Assembly: GCF_006345805.1 (NCBI RefSeq)
Contig: NW_021835123.1
Location: 1 to 55,439 of the forward strand
DNA: 55,439 nt
Reading direction: 5' to 3'
Source of the DNA: Octopus sinensis
Taxonomy: Eukaryota
A model generated the notes under the pieces. It searched no databases. It had not been told where the DNA came from and saw only the letters and a list, made by a program, of their open reading frames with translations. This document shows positions 52,311-55,439 of this stretch, piece after piece; the first letter of the stretch is position 1, and every line of letters begins with the position of its first letter. The translations under genes were made by a program, and so were the position numbers.

Positions 52311-53619
52311 AGTTTGCATACATTGGTTTCATAGATTCAAACAATGGCCTAAAATATATGACATCTGTGTATGCCTGATGAAGCTGAATGTGAAAACACC
52401 CAGAAAGGTTCTTAGGGTTTCCTCTGAATGTGAAAACTACATGTACCAATACAATTTAAATGAAACTCGTATTTTCTGGGGAAAATGCTATCCTGTACTT
52501 TCATAATGGGAGAAAAGTACTCATATATTCAAGGTGGGAAAAGACCCCTTTAATTAATACTACGCCTTGGTGGAAATGTTTCAGGTGACTTCAAACTAAA
52601 ACCAGAATGTGTGCAGATGCGCAAAGCAGTAACGGAAAATAAATAACCTCAAGATCAATTCAAATATGTTTGAGACATTTGAACTTGTGAAGGCTTTTTA
52701 TTGAAATTGTCCTGAGTAGAAAAATTCTTGTTTTAGACAGCATGATGTAATCCGCTCAGAGCTCTCTCCCAGGACTGGAGAATGCATATTGAGCTCTTTA
52801 CCTCTTTTCAGTTGCAGATACCAAGAGAGGCAACTCCAGGCTAATTGGAAAGCTTAATTGAAATCATTAATTGTTAATCATTCAGAAACATACGACCATT
52901 GAGAAAAATATCGAAAATTTCACTGAATTAATAAAGAAAGCCTGTATAATAATAAAGAAAGCCTGTGTGGTAATAAAGAAAACCTGTGGGATAATACGTT
53001 TGCTCAACAGTACATTCTCCTTGCGCCTGCCTTCCTGTCAAAGTAATGCGCTTACCACCGAATATCACTTCCTTACTCCAAAAATATATCAGTATGTGGT
53101 TTCGAATATCAAGAGCTGCCTACCTTCGTTGTATTTTCAAACATCTTGTAGAAGAAACAGATGGCCGAGATAAAGAATCAGGGATTTCTTGAAACAAAAA
53201 AATACTACTATTGTATCGTGAAGGTCACAGATAATTTCAAAGAAGATTTGGGCGAAGTAACTCAGGACTACAGGAAGAGAGTTTAGAAGAGGCTGTGGCT
53301 AGAAGCAAGCAATGATTCTGGAATTTCACTAAGAATTAGTCCCAACATTCATCAATGGCATCGCTGAGACAACAAATGAAGGAAGAATATAAAATATCAA
53401 AGCAAGAGATTGACGGTCGTCGATAGAGTTTCGTGAAGTGGACTTGTCTACATTGCAAAAGTAACACAAGGCGTCCAAATTAACGATGAATACCTGACTG
53501 TAGAACCAGTGTCACAAAAAAAAAGACAAAAAAAAAACTAACACATCGATTCTCAATAACTGTATCATGAAGATTACGGAAATTATGGAACATTTATTCA
53601 AATATAATCCTGGTTAAGA

Positions 53620-53889
53620 GTGCAGCAGCAGCAACAGCCGTTCAAGAATTTGGACTTGGAGATCTCCATTTCCAGCGACTTCGAGAGCCACCTCCCACTG
53701 GTGTCGGGCGTCAACGAAGAGCCCTCGACTACAACAAGACGACCAAAGTTTTGTTTTTCCAAGGTCTGGGGTCTCCCGCCCCTAAGCCCTAGATCATCAC
53801 CTAATCACCCTTACCCTTCTTGTTGCTTAACAACCACAACAACAGCAGCAACAACAACAGCAAGATACATTGAGTTGTTCTGGATGTAA
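53620..53889 (+). other. Candidate coding-like island (unassigned)
   Basis: Unique GC-rich sequence; about 30 of the first 35 codons end in G/C; no recognisable domain and no convincing splice sites. Confidence 0.2.
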
Positions 53890-54545
53890 TAATCTGCTTC
53901 TGCAAGTTACTTCATGAGCGAAGACGCAAATGGAATTTGATGCAATCTTCGAAAGACCTCCACCGTGCAGTAATTAACCATAATCCCAGCCCACACTCCA
54001 GATATAATTTCTTCCTATTTCTCACTGCTGATTCTCAATGAATTAATAATGAGTAAACTGATATATACTTGATTAAAGTTAATTTTTTTTAACTTGCTCC
54101 ATAATTGTATTTCATTTGATCTTAACCAATGAAACATGTTTCCTAATTATACAATAACTTGACATCTCAATATGTAACATTGCACGGAATCGGGTTATTT
54201 ATAAGTTCTTCAGTGCACGGAAGGTGCAATAGTGAGACTCCTGATTTAACTCTGTTAAAAATAAACATATTCGAGGGTTCTATTTCTGTTTGTGTCAGAA
54301 TTACGTCGTATAGTGGGGTTCCGTTTAGTGCTGCATTTTTAAATACATAAACTGCTCGCTAACCGAGATGGGGAGTATATAGACAGCCGACAACTGATGA
54401 AGGGTGGTTCTTTGTGTTACTTGTCCTGTTTTCCATTTGTTTCTCTCGTTGTTTGCGTATTGAATTCATTTGTTTTCGTATTTCATGCTGTTTACTGTTG
54501 GTGACGTCCTGTACCCATATATGGCATATATATATTATATATTAT

Positions 54546-54579
<34 letters not shown>

Positions 54580-54674
54580 CAGATATATATGTATACTTCA
54601 CACATACATACATCCTCCTCTCTCCCCCTCACCCCTCATCTCCTCTCTACCTCTATCTCCCCTACTATCCCTCT

Positions 54675-54912
54675 AGCGTCTAATCTCTGATCTCTTACCT
54701 CTGACTTCTGCCTGAAGTCAGAACGCCATGATAGACCGTTAGCTCCTACACGTATTTTTTCCTTCCTTGTTTCTTTTCTGTGTATCTTTCTGTCGAAGAG
54801 CGTAGGCTCGAAACGTAAAAGACTTGTTCTCTTTCTATTCCTGAGCGCCATACTAATACTGTACTCCGCCTGCCTTCGTCTTTTGTTTATTTTCGTAAAA
54901 CTTCCCGTTATA
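54675..54912 (+). mobile_element. PLE-like element, family A
   Basis: Longest family A copy, matching 16330-16555. Confidence 0.7.
54785..54822 (+). ncRNA. Minimal HHR-like motif, A6 variant
   Basis: tcttt-CTGTCGA-a-gagc[gtag]gctc-GAAAC-GTA-aaaga. Confidence 0.45.
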
Positions 54913-54938
54913 CATATATATACATACACAATAAAAAA

Positions 54939-55426
54939 AATATTGCAACACAAATGTATTACTTTCCAGTAAAATAAAGCCCCATAAGGGTAGAAGTATA
55001 AATATTGGAGCCTTGTTGTACCACTCATCTGTAGTTATACTTCTACCCATATGGGGCTTTATTTTACTGGTAAGTAATACATTTGTGTTACAATATTCTT
55101 TCATTGAAAACTTTTTCACTCTTCTCGTTCTGTTAAAGGCTAGGCGTTCAGGCGAGTATACTGGCATTGATGTGGCAACGTTTGAAATATTGTCTAGGTA
55201 AATCCAGCTGATGAAGACTGATCAAATTTACGTTGGCAACCGGTCCTGTATTATCCGATTCTGGGTATCTGTTTATCTAATGCTCTTCCTAGAGGTAAGA
55301 CAAATATTTCATGTTTGTTCCACTCACACGTCTTTGCCAGTAAATACGCAGTGAAGCTTTTCTGTAACAGTAAATGTATCAACTGCTATTTCCAATATTG
55401 CTGCCTTGTTGTACCACTCATCTGCA
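54939..55426. mobile_element. PLE/retrozyme-like element: 63-bp inverted arms plus a 393-bp direct-repeat monomer
   Basis: Arms at 54939-55001 and 55035-55097; the spacer aatattg..gccttgttgtaccactcatctg is repeated at 55394-55426; degenerate HHR at 55202-55251. Confidence 0.65.
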
Positions 55427-55439
55427 TATATATATATGT

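Overview
AT-rich, microsatellite-saturated eukaryotic DNA, very probably from an octopus (coleoid cephalopod). This is inferred from SINEs resembling the octopus OK and OR families and from the (TA)n/(CATA)n/(GATA)n/(CA)n landscape. No host protein-coding gene can be supported; almost every listed ORF is a translation of simple repeats. The window looks like intronic or intergenic DNA built from nested transposon relics: tRNA-derived SINEs; LINE fragments (RTE, R4/Dong, Tx1/L1, CR1/Jockey); Helitrons and a Helentron-type element; hAT, piggyBac, Tigger, mariner and Chapaev-3-like DNA transposons; and several short Penelope-like (PLE)/retrozyme-like elements. The strongest unexplained signal is a set of minimal type I hammerhead ribozyme (HHR) folds in at least five short-element families. 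They include a fully canonical HHR duplicated in a 282-bp inverted repeat (17883-18546) and an HHR with a flipped G3:C8 core pair in a 275-bp palindrome (3593-3867). An inverted-arm plus direct-repeat monomer architecture (about 350-390 bp) recurs at 18 kb and 55 kb. Other notable items are a Helitron carrying a captured LINE ORF1 fragment, a SINE tail matching a Tx1 3' end, R4-like LINEs bounded by (CATA)n, a phased A-tract array and a 204-bp higher-order repeat. Family names come from recognising motifs by eye, not from database searches, and element boundaries without a TSD or TIR are approximate.
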